This document shows positions 62,653 through 64,000 of a DNA stretch of 64,000 nucleotides, one piece after another (the stretch's first letter is position 1; every line of letters begins with the position of its first letter). Source of the DNA: a virus; the IMG/VR virus record IMGVR_UViG_3300039183_000005, positions 104,333 through 168,332 of that record; one strand, given 5' to 3'. The translations under genes were made by a program, and so were the position numbers. The notes beneath the pieces were generated by a model that was not told the origin of the DNA, made no database searches, and saw only the letters and a program-made list of their open reading frames with translations.

Positions 62653-63945
62653 TTGGTGCGTTTCGAAATGAATAAACAATTAAAAAAGATAGTTTTAACC
62701 AAAGAAGAATTGAATTTATTATTGCATCAAAATCAAGTACGAATATCGCGGAAAATGGATAATCCTCCAGTTATGCTGCATGATGCATGGTATTGGTCCC
62801 ATCCGGATTACGATAATGGGGACGGAATTAATTACATTCATACTCAAAACATTACTTATCTTGTATCAGAATATATTTGTGAATTTTGCCCCTATGGCAA
62901 AATCAATGATAGATTAAAAGCACAAATGGGATGGTCAGAACATACTCATTTTATGCCTCACAAAGTGGTTGAAGCTAAAATTACTGATTTATATATTGAG
63001 TTAACAGAACATTCGGGTGATGTTTCTAAAGATTTGTGGAATTGGGTTATTTGTTTGGGAAAAGATAGGAGATAGGCATGTTTGAATTAGTGCTTTGTAC
63101 TAGTTTTATTAGCATTGTTGTTGCTTGGGCTGGCGGTTTTATTGGTGGAAGGCTTAAATTGATTTCTGATCAATTAATGGCGATTAATGATAAATTGGAT
63201 GGAGGATTTTAAAATAATGGGTGTTAGTACTGATGCATATTTATTTTGGGGTTTTAGTGGTGACGATTATACTTGCTGGGCGAATATAGGTCTTAGCTAT
63301 GATGATCCCGCATATGCTCCAGAGGGTGATGAGGCTGATGCGTTAGATGATTGGGAAGAAATATATGCTGAGCGGAAGGGGGTTTTATTGCCAACGATGC
63401 CGTTTAGCAAAGAACCGGAAGTAGAAAAAGTGTATCACGCATTTTGGGACGCAAAGCACAGACTCATTAAAGAGTGTGGGTGTAAGATAGACTATCACTG
63501 CCATAGTAATTATGGTATTCCATTTGTTGCGATAAGTGATAGCATCACGTGTGCATGTCGTGGGGAGCCTAAAGAGATTATTTTATTAGAGATTAAACCT
63601 GAATGGGAAATGAAACTGCGGGAATTCTGTGATGTTATGGGTATACAGTGGCAAGAACCTAAATGGTGGTTAGCTTCATATTGGGGGCAATAGATTATGG
63701 GATATAATTACAATGAATATAAGTCCGCATTGTTTAACGACGAAGGGCAACGAATATTTCTTAAAGTTCGTGACAAGGCTTTTGATTTGATTAATAAAGC
63801 CGGTGTTTTTAAAAAGGAAAAGATATTGGGGTTTGGTGATGATTGGTTATGTCTAGCTAGTGTGGATAGGATGGTTGAGCTTGGCGAATTACGTGAATTA
63901 TGCGATGATTGTGTACAACATGACCGTGTTTTTACTAGAAGGTGA
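62653..63945 (+). other. Plus-strand hypothetical genes (62653-63075, 63187-63693, 63697-63945)
   Basis: Co-oriented ORFs; no family recognised. Confidence 0.5.
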
Positions 63946-64000
63946 TTTAAATAAATGAATCAGAAAACAAAATACAAAATTGGTAATTGATTATCGGACT

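Overview
This window is about 64 kb of an AT-rich, large dsDNA bacteriophage genome. No virion structural genes, rRNA or CRISPR array are visible. Genes run almost entirely on the minus strand from 1 to about 59,100, then switch to the plus strand. The left part (1-22 kb) carries replication, recombination and nucleotide-metabolism genes: a primase fragment, DnaB, RecA, RNase H, a PD-(D/E)XK nuclease, class II RNR, ThyX and dCMP deaminase. It also has a Xer recombinase-ClpP-sigma factor operon, a BrxL-like ATPase and HNH endonucleases. The middle (24-40 kb) holds a complete-looking ubiquitin-like conjugation module: a Ubl precursor with an 83-aa tail, an E2-like/Cys-repeat protein, a JAB/JAMM peptidase and a ThiF E1. 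Downstream of it are a Ycf46-like AAA ATPase, DUF3150, DUF1257, DUF2997, BRCT and histone-fold genes. The region from 40 to 59 kb has many small accessory genes and a tRNA-Ile(UAU). Next to the strand switch, about 2.9 kb is saturated with a CCGATA(A) motif that is written through coding sequence in all three frames, and it ends in iteron-like repeats and a perfect palindrome. A non-canonical promoter (AACAAA-N15-TATAAT) recurs 4-5 times. Several features suggest a Planctomycetota host, but that is inference. Family assignments come from reading motifs by eye; no searches were run.
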